Source: Squalus acanthias (lineage: Eukaryota). Taken from it: 64,000 bases of DNA. How positions within the stretch are numbered: position 1 is the stretch's first letter; every line of letters begins with the position of its first letter. The DNA is taken from the NCBI GenBank assembly GCA_030390025.1, contig CM059444.1, positions 35,340,001 through 35,404,000 of the forward strand, in the 5' to 3' direction. Under the pieces are notes generated by a model that made no database searches, was not told the origin of the DNA, and saw nothing but the letters and a program-made list of their open reading frames with translations. A program made the translations under genes and the position numbers. This document shows, one piece after another, positions 37,389 to 50,347 of the stretch.

Positions 37389-39013
37389 TATGACTATGAC
37401 TCAAACATAACAATGTGGGAAAGATGGACGCGGATTTCGGAGGCGCAACTCAAGGGCTTGAGAGGAAAGGGAGCTTGGAGAAGCAGTTGTTGAGCTGCCT
37501 TAAAGATATTCTCATACATATATTTAAGTCAGCTCAAAACGGCAGTGGATATTACCTATCTGCCTGCTACTGTAATGGTAAAAGGTTTGCTATCAATGAA
37601 GTAGTTAGAATTTATTTTAAAGTTCAGAGGTCATGGGATAGCCAAGAGAGTTTTTTTTATTTATACATGGGATGGCCGAACAAGCAGGTACAGTTAGACG
37701 CAAATGTAACAAAATTGACCTCAAGTGACTACTGAGAGCACATAATGACTTGGAGAGTTTGTACTAGGTTGCCAATAGGCATACTGATTCTTTGTCATGG
37801 CAGAATCCATGTTGCAACAACTGTTTCAATGATCACTATTTAACTCTGCATTAACTTCTGTGTACATGGGATAAAAGTTTCAGAGACGGGAGAAGCAGTG
37901 CAAAATGTTGTTGCTGGTCTCCCCAGTACAGTAGCTTTTGTGTCCCTGACATAAACATGGAGGTCTGGCTTAATAAGGCTGCCTACTGCAGTTAAGAAAC
38001 AATAAGCAACGTAAATAAATCCAAGACCTCCAGCTGCCATGTACTAATACACATTAATATGGTGGTAATAAGTGGAAGCTTTTACCTCAGTTTGAAAAAA
38101 AAGCATAAGTTGATAAACATACAATAAATTTTCAAACCTTGAAATTGCTACTTTGTGCATTTATCAAAGGGCTGCATTGTGAGCATTTGTTTTCCCCAAG
38201 TACCTACATTATTTGTTTTACCTCATATTTTACTTGTTTCAAAGTGCTTCCACAGTCTGAACAACTCTGGTTTAATTATTAAGAACTTGTCAACAGAAAA
38301 CCAATTACCCTGTTTTACTCAACTAAACTGAAAGTGCTCAAAAAAAAAATCACAGTAAAAACACCATGTCTGTACAACGTTATGCTTGGTTAGCACTGTA
38401 AACAGCAAGGTTTAGAAATTAGCTGATAAGCACCACCAGATTACAAAAGAGTAGATTGCAATTAAAATCTAGCTGTCCCAATCTTTATTGAGGACATAGG
38501 TGCCAATTTGTACAAAACATTGGGTGAGCAGAACTGAGAAGCAGCATACATGTTATCGTCATGGCTTAGCAATAAATAATCCTTCCAGGATGTTTGGTAA
38601 ATAACCCGGCTCCTTCTCTGCCTCCCCCACCATTAGTATCCCTATCCTTTCACTGTTGAGAGTGCTCCAATTTATGGTTGCAAACCAAGCTACAGGAGAC
38701 AGAAGCAAGCATCATAATGCTCCAAGAGGTATCGGCTCCATGAAGCTATTCCTCATTTTCCTGCAACACTGCCGTATGCCTCTTCCATTTACTTTTTTAC
38801 ATCCTGCTAAGTTTGGATGTTTGATTAATTCTACATAAAATCTTATATATTTAAAGACGAGAGAGAGAGAGAGGCAGAACCCAGCGCCATATTTCATGTG
38901 ACTGACCTTCCTGCTAGGTGCCCAGCGACACAATCATTAGGTAATAGGTTGAGCTCCAATTTAAGTTCACTACTTAGATTGGAGTGCATTACATAAGGTG
39001 GTAAATTGGCAGT

Positions 39014-39215
39014 AACAACAGAAAACGCTGGAAAAACTCAGCAGGCCAGGCAGCATCCGTGAAGAGAGAAACAGAGTTAACGTTTCAGGTAGAAGACCTT
39101 TCGTCAGAAACATTAACTCTGTTTCTCTCTCCACGGATGCTGTCTGGCCTGCTGAGTTTTTCCAGCGTTTTCCGTTGTTATTCGGATTTCCAGCATCCGC
39201 AGTATTTTGCTATCA
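39014..39215. mobile_element. Penelope-like repeat insertion with inverted arms, hammerhead core and 15-bp TSD
   Basis: TGGTAAATTGGCAGT at 38999-39013 and 39216-39230; minus-strand CTGACGA...GAAACGTT at 39075-39109. Confidence 0.78.
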
Positions 39216-39617
39216 TGGTAAATTGGCAGTTGCTTCCTGGTTACCCCTGAACTGCTTATGATCAAAATACTGCTTCCTTTCTTCTTTAGTAATGCCAATA
39301 ATAAACATCAGAAAAAACTGTTTCCAAATGTTTCAATTATTATATTGATTACTCATAATTATGAATACAGCAAAAACTAAATTCATTTAGGCAACACGTT
39401 TATAAAATTCTAGGTAGGAAAATTACACTATAATATTAAAATAGCAAACATTCAAATAACATTTAATGTCTCTAGAGTCATAATAGCCATAGATGAACTG
39501 ATGCCGTTTTGGATTTTCAATAAAAAAGTTAATGTCTTGCTAAGTACATCATCCTAAAATATGGTAACTATTAATTACATGTTTATACTTGTCACGTTCA
39601 GAAACATTTTTACCTAC

Positions 39618-39674
39618 CAGTTGATGGAGGAGTAGGCGACGATGGTGATGTTAAAGGAGAACTAGCACCAGAGC
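39618..39674 (-). CDS. PXK: PXK exon (SGASSPLTSPSSPTPPST)
   Basis: Resembles the PXK Ser/Pro-rich linker; CAG acceptor, GTAGGT donor, phase 1 at both ends. Confidence 0.9.
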
Positions 39675-41019
39675 CTGAAGGGAAGATTATAGTTAAAAAT
39701 TTAACTACCTTGTTTACACAACACATTGATAAATATTTTGATCAACAATAAATTTACAATATGCTGAAGGAACTACCGAAGGGGTCAGCAATCTAGCTGT
39801 TCCTTAAATTTCAGATACAAACCCCCCCATGCTCCATACTGCTACAAATCAGTATAATGGTCAATTTTGTCTGAGAGGAGTTACTATTTTCTATTTCGTG
39901 TCCTTTGCAGTTTATTTGCGTCATGTTCATAGCTTGTAGAAGGCTATATTCTGTACAGGTCACACAGATGAAATACTTGACCTCATACTGACTGTTGCTT
40001 GTAAAATCCATTTCATCAATAATGAGAAAGGCCTACAAAACAGTTTTATTCATTACCAACAGCGAACAGAACAAAAGCTTTATTCAATGGTTGATGCTCA
40101 TATTGTCATCAGATGACTTCCATGCACCCTTCCTATGTCACCATGTGCTACACATTAACTTCTGTGCCTAAACAGTACACTTCTGGGCAATATATAACAT
40201 AAAAATAAAGATGAAAAGCAGTAACAGTTTGTTTTATCATCGTCTTTGTTTGACTCCTTGCCTTTCACAAATATATGTATAGGTCATAACCTTTGTTTAA
40301 TATGTAAAATTATGGACCTTGAATGAGAACAACTAAAACTCATTCATGGAGAGTTTTAAGATCTGGTATTTTTAGTCTTTTTGCTCCCTTAACCTTGTGT
40401 GTAGTTATTTTTAAAGGTGTACTGAAGGGAAAAGTATGAACAACCCCTCATTGAATACGGAATTAATCCTTGGTATTATTCACACAACAAATTAGTTACT
40501 GAAGGAGTGTTACCAATTAATAAACACATGAAAAGTTTTAGGTCAATCCAAGACAACGACAACAGGAAAGAGGGCAACAGTATTTTAATAAATTTAGAAA
40601 AAGAAAAAAGAATGATAAGTGGTCATTTCAACACTTACACAATAACTCACTGGTGCACTCCCATGTAGCTACAACTTACAAAAAAAAATCTGCTGGCTCA
40701 GTGAATGTGCCAATGATCATTTGAGAAATTTGTCCAGAGAAAAAGTTGGCAGGAAGAAATATTCAATTCTTCTTGAGATTTCCTTCTGCCAATATTGCTT
40801 CCCCCTACAGCCAAGACAGTGGGACACATTGGGCCACAAGAGTTTTCTCCTTTCCATTCCACGAATGGATGTCAAAAGGCCAGGATTGGCACCAACAATA
40901 TTTTCTCCTACATTTACATTGCAGTATTATACTTCATCAAAAGCCATGACAAAAAAAGACATCTACCCAATCATGGCAGACTAGTCTAAATCAGGAGCAA
41001 ATGTGATGCTTTAGGCCAG

Positions 41020-41390
41020 TACACTGACCGTTCACTCAAATCCTTGTGACCCTACGATCCAAGTTGGAATCTAGCCCAGACTGATGACATGAAGGCTTCC
41101 TCTGTCTGCTGATGGTGAGGGAACCTACATGGAATGTGTTTGGGCAGTCTCATCCAAACTTAGTGGATGTGGTCCCACAGCACAAAGCTTCCCTTAAATT
41201 GATGTGAGCAATGGAAATGTTACATGGATGTAAGGGCTGCTGTTGAGTGCACAGTTGATGCATATTATTAGGACAGAATAAGAGCAGCTTTACTCTGCTG
41301 CTGGCTGTGTTATAACTGACCTAGGAATGCTTGAAATGGGAAAGTGTTCCATTGCTCAGCACTGCCATCCTTTAAGTTGATGTGCAGAAA
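41020..41390 (+). mobile_element. LF-SINE-like element
   Basis: GTTGGAATCTAGCCCAG B-box-like segment and CCTACATGGAATGTGTTTGGGCAGTCTCATCCAAACTTAGTGG resemble the LF-SINE body as recalled. Confidence 0.5.
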
Positions 41391-41512
41391 AATTCCCCCC
41401 CCACCCCCCACAAAAAAACTAATTCAAATCATCTGAAGCTGCAATTTTAATTGGTGATCCTCCAAGGTCTTCCTCACTAAAGCTATTGGGCTGCTCCCTG
41501 CTGCTTTTTTAT

Positions 41513-42274
41513 TACATAGGATATACGGCACAGAAACAGGCTATTCGGCCCAACCAGTCCATGCTGGCGTTTATGCTCCACTCGAGCCTCCTCCCGTCTT
41601 TCCTCATCTAAATCTATCAGCATAACCCTCTATTCCCTTCTCCCTCATATACTTGTCTAGCCTCCCCTTAAGTGCATCTATACTTTTTGCTTCAACCACT
41701 CCCTGTGGTAGCGAGTTCCACATTCTCACCACTCTCTGGGTAAAGAAGTTTCTTCTGAATTCCCTATTGGATTTCTTGGTGACTATCTTATATTGATGGC
41801 CTCTAGTTATGCTCTTCCCCACAAGTGGAAACATTCTCTCTGTATCCACGCTGTCAAAACTTTTCATAATTTTAAAGACCTTCATAATTTTAAAGACACG
41901 AGAAGAGACCCAACCTGTTCATCCTTTCCTGATATGTAAACCCTCGCATTTCTGGTATCATCCTTGTAAATCTTCTCTGCACCCTCTCCAGTGCCTCTGT
42001 ATCCTTTTTATAACATGGCGACTAGAACTGTACATAGTACTCCCAAGTGTGGTCTAACCAAGGTTCAATACAGTTTTAGGATAACTTCCCTACTTTTCAA
42101 TTCTATACCTCTCGAAATAAACCCTAGTGCTTGGTTTGCTTTTTTTATGGCCTTGCTAACCTGTCGCAACTTTGTGATTTGTGTATTTGTACTCAGAGAT
42201 CCCTTTGTTCCTCTACCCCACCTAGACTCGCACCCTCCAAGTAATAGGTGACCTCCCCATTCTTCATATCAAAA
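41513..42274 (-). mobile_element. Outer CR1 LINE, 3' part
   Basis: Minus-strand RRNFFTQRVVRMWNSLP and CR1 3' UTR; RT frame continues at 50348. Confidence 0.85.
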
Positions 42275-45200
42275 GGAGTGCAGATTGGAACAGAGTGTTA
42301 AGCTGCAAGTTTGGTGAGTGAGGGAGTGAGGGGAAGGAGGTGTTCCTTCCTTTTTCCATCTTTGTCAGCTTCCTGGTGCGGCGGCAGACCTGCGTGAGGC
42401 GAGGTAGCGGCAGAGGGTTTAAAAGGCTCCAGAGACCAGGTAAGGCGGGACCAGTCTCCGAACTCTGAGGGAGGGAGAGAGGTGAAAAATAATCGAGGTG
42501 TGACGTCACCAGAGAGCAGGTAAGTAATTGGTTGGTGACTATTTCTCTCTTTTTAAACTTAAACTCTGTGGTTTATAGTTTCTAAGGTCTGATATTCATC
42601 AGGCGGGGCAGAGGGTATTTAAAAAATAATAAATTTAATTAATTACATAGAATGGGAGAGCAGGTGATGTGTTACTGCTGCAATATGTGGGAGCTGGTGG
42701 ACACCATTGATGCTCACGGTGATCACATTTGCAGTAAGTGTTGGCTGCTCAAGGAACTCCGGCTCCGTGTTGATGAGCTGGAGTCCGAGCTTCAAACACT
42801 GCGACACATTAGGGAGGGGGAGAGTTACCTGGACTCTGTGTTCCAGGAAGTAGTCACACCAATTAGATTAACTAATTCAGATGTAGTCCGTGGTCAGGGA
42901 CAGGAGGGTGTGACTATGAGTGAGGCAGGTACAGGGATCCAGGAGGTAGTGTTGGAGGAGCCGCAGCCCTTGCTCTTCTCCAACAGGTTCGAGGCTCTTA
43001 CTCCCTGTGAGGACGGGAGCAGGGACTGCAGGGAGGATGAGCAACCTGGCCACAGCACCGTGGAACGGGGGGCCATTCAAGTGGGGGGAGTAAAAAGAAA
43101 TGTTGTAGTGGTAGCGGATAGTATAAGGGGGATAGATAGGGTTCTTTGCAGCCGAGAGCGAGAGTCCCGAAGGTTGTGTTGCCTGCCAGGGTTAAGGACA
43201 TCTCCTCTGGGCTGGAGAGAAACTTGGAGTGGGAGGGGGAGGATCCAGTTGTCGTGGTCCATGTTGGTACCAACGACATAGATAGGACAAGGAAAGAGGT
43301 TCTTCTGAGGGAGTATGAGCAGCTAGGGGCCAAATTAAAAAGCAGAACCACAAGGGTAATAAGGATTACTACCTGAGCCACGAGCAAATTTGGCTAGGGT
43401 AAATAAAATCAGAGAGTTAAATGCGTGGCTCAAAGACTGGTGTGGGAGAAATGGGTTTTGCTTCTTGGGACACTGGCACCAGTACTGGGACGGGAGAGAG
43501 CTGTTCCGTTGGGACGGACTTCACTTGGCCAGTGCTGGGACTAGAATCCTGGCGAATCGAATAACTAGGGCTGTAGAGAGGGCTTTAAACTAATTAGTGG
43601 GGGGGAGGTTTCAAGAGAGCGAAGAATAAAAATGTCAGCGGAGAAGGCAATAGAGCAAATTAGCAGTGGGGAAATTAAAAACCAGAGCGTGTCAGGAAGG
43701 GACAGAATATATAAAGATAAAGGTAAAGTAGTAAAGGGGGTAAAAGCAGGAATAAATTGTCACAAAACATGTTTAAAAGTTCTTTATCTGAATGCACGCA
43801 GCATTCGTAACAAAATAGACGAGTTGACGGTACAAATAACTACACATGAGTATGATCTGGTGGCCATTACAGAAACATGACTTATCAGGGGAAGGCGGCA
43901 GCAGCCAACTTCCTGGCACCATGGGTGGCTCTGCTGCACAGGTTGGGAGGAAAAAGTGTGGAAGAGCTATAGTGATAGGGGATTCAATTGTAAGGGGAAT
44001 AGATAGGCGTTTCTGCGGCCGCAAACGAGACTCCAGGATGGTGTGTTGCCTCCCTGGTGCAAGGGTCAAGGACGTCTCGGAGCGGCTACAGAACATTTTG
44101 GAGGGGGAGGGCGAACAGCCAGTTGCCGTGGTGCACATAGGCATCAACGATATAGGTAAAAAACGGGATGAGGTCCTAAAAGCAGAATATAGGGAGTTAG
44201 GAGGTAAATTAAAAAATAGGACCTCAAAATGTAGTAATCTCAGGATTGCTACCAGTGCCACGTGCTAGTCAGAGTAGAAATAGGAGGATATTTCAAATGA
44301 ATACGTGGCTAGAGGAATGGTGCAAGGGGAGTGATTCAAATTCCTTGGACATTGGAACCGGTTCTGGGGGAGGTGGGACCAGTACAAACGGGACGGTCTG
44401 CACCAGGGCAGGGCCGGGACCGATGTCCTAGGGGGGAGTGTTTGCTAGTGCTGTTGGGGAGGGTTTAAACTAAAGTGGCAGGGGGTTGGAACCTGAGCAG
44501 GGAGACAGAAGAAAGGGAAACAAGGATAAAAGCTAAAGACAGGAAGGAGAAAAACAAAAGTAGAAGGCAAAGAACTCAACGGTTTAAATCAAACATGGTC
44601 ACAGTAAATAATAATTCATATAGGTCGGAGAGCGTTAAAAAAACAAGCCTGAAGGCTTTGTGTCTTAATGCAAGGAGCATTCGGAACAAGGTGGATGAAT
44701 TAGCTGCGCAAATAGAGGTAAATGAATACGATTTGATTGGGATTACAGAAACATGGCTCCAGGGTGGCCAAGGCTGGGAACTCAACATCCAGGGTTATTC
44801 AATATTTAGGAAAGATAGGCAAAAAAGAAAGGGAGGTGGGGTAGCATTGCTGGTTAAAGAGGGGATTAACACAATTGAAAGGAAGGATATTAGCTCTGAT
44901 GATGCGGAATCTGTATGGGTAGAACTGAGAAATAACAAGGGGCAGAAAACGTTAGTGGGAGTGGTATATAGACCTCCAAACAGTAATACGGAGGTTGGGG
45001 ACGGCATTAAAAGGGAAATTAGAGAAGCATGCAGTAAGGGCACAGCAGTCATCATGGGTGACTTTAATTTACATATAGATTGGGCTAACCAAATTAGTAA
45101 AAATACTGTGGAGGAAGAATTCCTAGAATGTTTACGAGATGGTTTTCTGGAACAATATGTCGAGGAACCAACCAGAGATCAGGCCATCTTAGACTGGGTA

Positions 45201-48200
45201 TTATGTAACGAGAAAGGATTAATTAGCAATCTTGTTGTACGAGGCCCCTTGGGTCAGAGTGATCATAATATGATAGAATTCTTCATTAGGATGGAGAGTG
45301 AAGTAGTTGAATCAGAGACTAGGGTCCTGAATTTAAATAAAGGAAACTACGATGGTATGAGGCGCGAATTGGGTAGGATTGATTGGGGAATGTCACTCAA
45401 GGGGTTTACGGTGGATAGGCAATGGCAAACATTCAAAGACTGCATGGATGAACTACAGAATTTGTTCATCCCAGTGTGGCATAAGAATAAAACAAAAAGG
45501 GTGACTCAACAGCGGCTAACAAGTGAAATTAGGGATAGCATAAGATCCAAGGAGAGGGCATATAAATTGGCCAGAAAAAGCGGTAGCCCTGAGGATTGGG
45601 AGCAGTTTAGGATTCAACAAAGGAGGACAAAGGGATTAATTAAGAAGGGGAAAATAGAATATGAAAGTAAGCTTGCTGGGAACATAAAAACTGACTGTAA
45701 GAGCTTTTACAGATAGGTGAAGAGAAAAAGATTAGTGAAGTCAAGTGTAGGTCCCTTGCAGTCAGAAGCGGGGGAAGTTATAATGGGGAACAAAGAAATG
45801 GCCGACCAATTAAATGCATATTTTGGTTCTGTCTTCACAAAGGAAGACACAAATAACCTCCCAGAGATGTTGGAGAACATACGGTCTGATGAAAGGGAGG
45901 AACTGAAAGAAATCAGTATTTGCAGGGAAATGGTGTTAGGGAAATTGACGGGATTGAAGGCCGATAAATCCCCAGGCCTGATAATCTACATCCTAGGGTA
46001 CTTAAGGAAGTGGCCCTAGAAATAGTAGATGCATTGCTGATCATCTTCCAACATTCGATGGAATCTGGAACTGTACCCATGGATTGGAGGGTAGCTAATG
46101 TTACCCCACTATTCAAAAAGGGTGGTAGAGAGAAAGCGGGGAATTACAGACCGGTAAGCCTGACATCGGTAGTGGGGAAAATGCTAGAGTCCATTATAAA
46201 GGATGTAATAGCTGAGCACTTGAAAAACAGTGACAGGATCGGACAAAGTCAACATGGATTTACAAAAGGTAAATCGTGCTTGACTAATCTACTGGAATTT
46301 TTTGAGGATGTAACTGGGAAAATAGATAAGGGAGAACCAGTAGATGTGGTGTATTTGGACTTTCAAAAGGCTTTCGATAAGGTCCCGCATAAGAGATTAG
46401 CGTGTAAAGTTAAGGCACATGGGATTGGGGGCAAGGTATTGACTTGGATAGAGAACTGGTTGGCGGACAGAAAGCAGAGAGTAGGAATTAATGGGTCTTT
46501 TTCCGAGTGGCAAGCAGTGACTAGTGGGGTACCGCAGGGATCGGTCCTTGGACCCCAGCTATTCACAATATACATTAATGATCTAGATAAGGGAACTAAA
46601 TGTAATATCTCCAAGTTTGCAGATGACACAAAGCTGGGTGGGAGTGTGTGCTGCGAGGAGGATACTGAGAAACTCCAGGATGATTTGGACAGGTTGGGTG
46701 AGTGGGCAGAAGCGTGCAGATGCAATATAACGTGGATAAGTGCGAGGTTATCCACTTTGGTGTCAAAAACAGAAAGGCAGACTATTATCTGAATGGCAAT
46801 AGATTGGGAGAAGGGGAAGTGCAACGAGACCTGGGTGTCCTTGTGCACCAGTCGCTGAAAGTAAGCATGCAGGTGCAGCAGGCAGGTGAAGAAGGCAAAT
46901 GGTATGTTGGCCTTCATAGCGAAAGGGTTTGAGTATAGGAACAGGGATGTCCTGCTGCAGTTGTACAGGGCCTTGGTGAGACCACACCTTGAGTACTGTG
47001 TGCAGTTTTGGTCGCCTTATCTGAGGAAGGATGTTCTTGCCATGGAAGGAGTTCAGCGAAGATTCACAAGGCTGATACCTGGGATGGCAGGAATGACATA
47101 TGAGGAGAGATTGGGTCAATTGGGCTTATACTCACTGGAGTATAGAAGAATGAGAGGGGATCTCATCGAAACATATAAAATTCTGACAGGTCTGGACAGA
47201 CTAGATGCAGGAAGAATGTTCCCGAATGTTCGGAGAGTCCAGAACCAGGGGTCATAATCTAAGGATAGGGGGTAAGCCATTTAGGACAGAAATGAGGAAG
47301 AATTTCTTCACCCAGAGAGTGGTGAACCTGTGGAATTCTCTACCACAGAAGGTAGTTGAGGCCAAGTCATTAAATATATTCAAGAATGAGTTAGATATAT
47401 TTCTTAAAGCTAAAGGTATCAAGGGATATGGGGAGAAGGCAGGTACAGGGTACTGAGTTTGGATGATCAGCCGTGATCTCATCGAATGGCGGAGCAGGCT
47501 CGAGGGGCCCGAATGGCCTACTCCTGCTCCTATCTTCTATGTTTCTATGGCTGCGAGGTGACCATGACTGGGAACTAAACATCCAGGGGTATTTGACTAT
47601 TAGGAAGGACAGACAGGAAGGAAAGGGAGGTGGGGTGGCTATGTTAATAAAGGACGGAATCACTGCAATAGTGAGAAATGATATTGGGTCAAAGGATCAG
47701 GATAGTGAAACAGTTTGGGTGGAGATAAGGAATAATAAGGGGAAAAAGTCACTAGTGGGCATAGTCTATAGGCCTCCTAACAGTTGTAACTCTATTGGTC
47801 GGAGTATAAATCAGGAAATAGTTGGGGCTTGTAATAAGGGAACAGCTATAATCATGGGAGATTTTAACTTTCATATTGACTGGACAAATCAAATTGGGCA
47901 GGGCAGCCTTGAGGAAGAGTTCATAGAGTGCATTAGGGACGGGTTCCTTGAGCAGTATGTTACTGAACCAACCAGGGGGCAGGCAATCTTAGATCTGGTC
48001 CTGTGTAATGAGACAGGATTAATAAAAAATGTCCTAGTAAAGGATCCCCTTGGAATGAGTGACCATAACATGGTTGAATTCCAAATTCAGTTGGAGGGTG
48101 AGAGAGTTGGATCTCAAACCAGCGTACTAAGCTTAAATAAAGGAGACTATGAAGGTATGAGAGCAGAGTTGACTAAAGTGGACTGGGAAAATAGATTAGG

Positions 48201-50347
48201 GTGTAAGACGGTACAGGAGCAGTGGTGTACATTCAAGGAGGTATTTTACAACTTTCAAGAAAAATATATTCCACTGAGGAAAAAGAGGCGTAAAAGAAAA
48301 GAGAGCCATCCGTGGCTAAGTAAAGTAATAAAGGATAGTATCCGACTGAAAACAAGGGCATATAAAGTAGCCAAATCTAGTGGGAGGATAGAAGATTGGG
48401 AAGCATTTAAAAGCCAGCAAAGAATAACTAAAAGATTAATTAAGGGGAAGATAGATTATGAAAGTAAACTAGCAAAAAATGTAAAAACAGATAGCAAGAG
48501 TTTCTACAGTTATATAAAAAGAAAAAGGGTGGCTAAAGTGAATGTTGGTCCCTTAGAGGACGAGACCGGGAAATTAGTAGTGGGGAACACGGAGATGGCA
48601 AATACGCTGAACAAATATTTTGTATCAGTCTTTACAGTAGAGGATACTAAAAATATCCCAACACTGGACAAATGGGGGGCTATAAGGGGGGGAGGAGCTA
48701 AACATGATTAAAATCACCAAGGAGATGGTACTCGGTAAGATAATGGGACTTAAGGTGGATAAATCCCCTGGACCTGATGGCTTACATCCTAGGGTCTTGA
48801 GAGAAGCAGCGGTAGGGATTGCGGATGCATTGGTGGTAATTTTCCAAAACTCCCTGGATTCGGGAAAGGTCCCAGCAGATTGGAAAACTGCTAATGTAAC
48901 GCCCTTATTTAAAAAGGGAGGTAGACAAAAGGCTGGAAACTATAGACCAGTTAGCCTAACATCTGTGGTTGGTAAAATGTTGGGAGTCCATTATTAAGGA
49001 AGCAGTAACAGGACATTTGGATAAGCATAATTTAATCGGACAGAGTCAGCATGGTTTTATGAAGGGGAAATCATGCTTGACAAATTTGCTCGAATTCTTT
49101 GAGGACATAACAAACAGGGTGGATAAAGGGGAACCAGTGGATGTGGTGTATTTGGACTTCCAAATGGCATTTGATAAGGTGCCACACAAAAGATTACTGC
49201 ACAAGATTAAAAAAATCACAGGATTGGGGGTAATATACTGGCATGGGTGGAAGATTGGCTATCTAACAGAAAACAGAGAGTTGGGATAAATGGTTCATTC
49301 TCAGGTTGGCAATCAGTAACTAGTGGTGTTCCACAAGGGTCAGTGCTGGGACCCCAACTCTTTACAATCTATATTAACGATTTGGAGGAGGGGACCAAGT
49401 GCAACGTATACAAGTTTGCTGACGATACAAAGATGGGAGGAAAAGCATTGAGTGAGGAGGACATAAAAAACCTGCAAAAGGACATAGACAGGCTAAGTGA
49501 GTGGGCGGAAATTTGGCAGATGGAATATAATGTTGGAAAGTGTGAGGTTATGCACTTTGGCAGAAAAAATCAAAGAGCAAGTTATTATCTAAATGGAAAG
49601 AAACTGCAAAGTGCTACAGTACAAAGGGATCTGGGGGTCCTGGTGCATGAAACACAGAAGGTTAGTATGCAGGTACAGCAGGTGATCAGGAAGGCCAATG
49701 GAATCTTGGCTTTTATTGCAAGGGGGATGGAGTATAAAAGCAGGGAAGTCTTGCTTCAGTTATACAAGGTACTGGTGAGGCCACACCTGGAATACTGCAT
49801 ACAGTTTTGGTTTCCATATTTAAGAAAAGATATACTTGCTCTCGAGGCAGTTCAGAGAAGGTTCACTCGGTTGATTCCGGAGATGAGGGGGTTGACTTAT
49901 GAGGAAAGGTTGAGTAGGTTGGGCCTCTACTCATTGGAATTCAGAAGAATGAGAGGCGATCTTATCGAAACATATAAGATTGTGAGGGGGCTTGATCGGG
50001 TGGAGGCGGGGAGGATGTTTCCACTGATGGGTGAGACTAGAACTAGGGGGCATAATCTTAGAATAAGCGGCTGCCGTTTCAAAACTGAGATGAGGAGAAA
50101 CTTCTTCACTCAGAGGGTAGTAAATCTATGGAATTTGCTACCTCAGAGAGCTGTGGAAGCTGCGACATTAAATAAATTTAAAATGGAGATAGACAGTTTC
50201 CTAGCTGATAAGGGAATTAAGGGTTATGGGGAGCGGGCAGGGAAGTGGACGTGAGTCTAGGTTCGGATCAGCCATGATCCTATTGAATGGCGGAGCAGGC
50301 CCGAGGGGCCATATGGCCTACTCCTGCTCCTACTTCTTATGTTCTTA
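42275..50347 (+). mobile_element. Full-length CR1 LINE (5' UTR, ORF1 zinc finger/leucine zipper + SGNH esterase, ORF2 APE-RT, 3' tail), split by a nested insertion
   Basis: ORF1 from 42652 (CxxC...CxxC, HVGTND, WDGLHL); ORF2 YLNARSIRNK...ITET breaks at 43879 and resumes as WLRGDHDWELNIQG at 47550, ending at 50254. Confidence 0.9.
43880..47549 (+). mobile_element. Inner CR1 LINE (partial ORF1 esterase + full ORF2 + 3' tail)
   Basis: GDSIVRG, HIGIND; [26 protein letters not shown]; TTCTATG tail. Confidence 0.92.
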
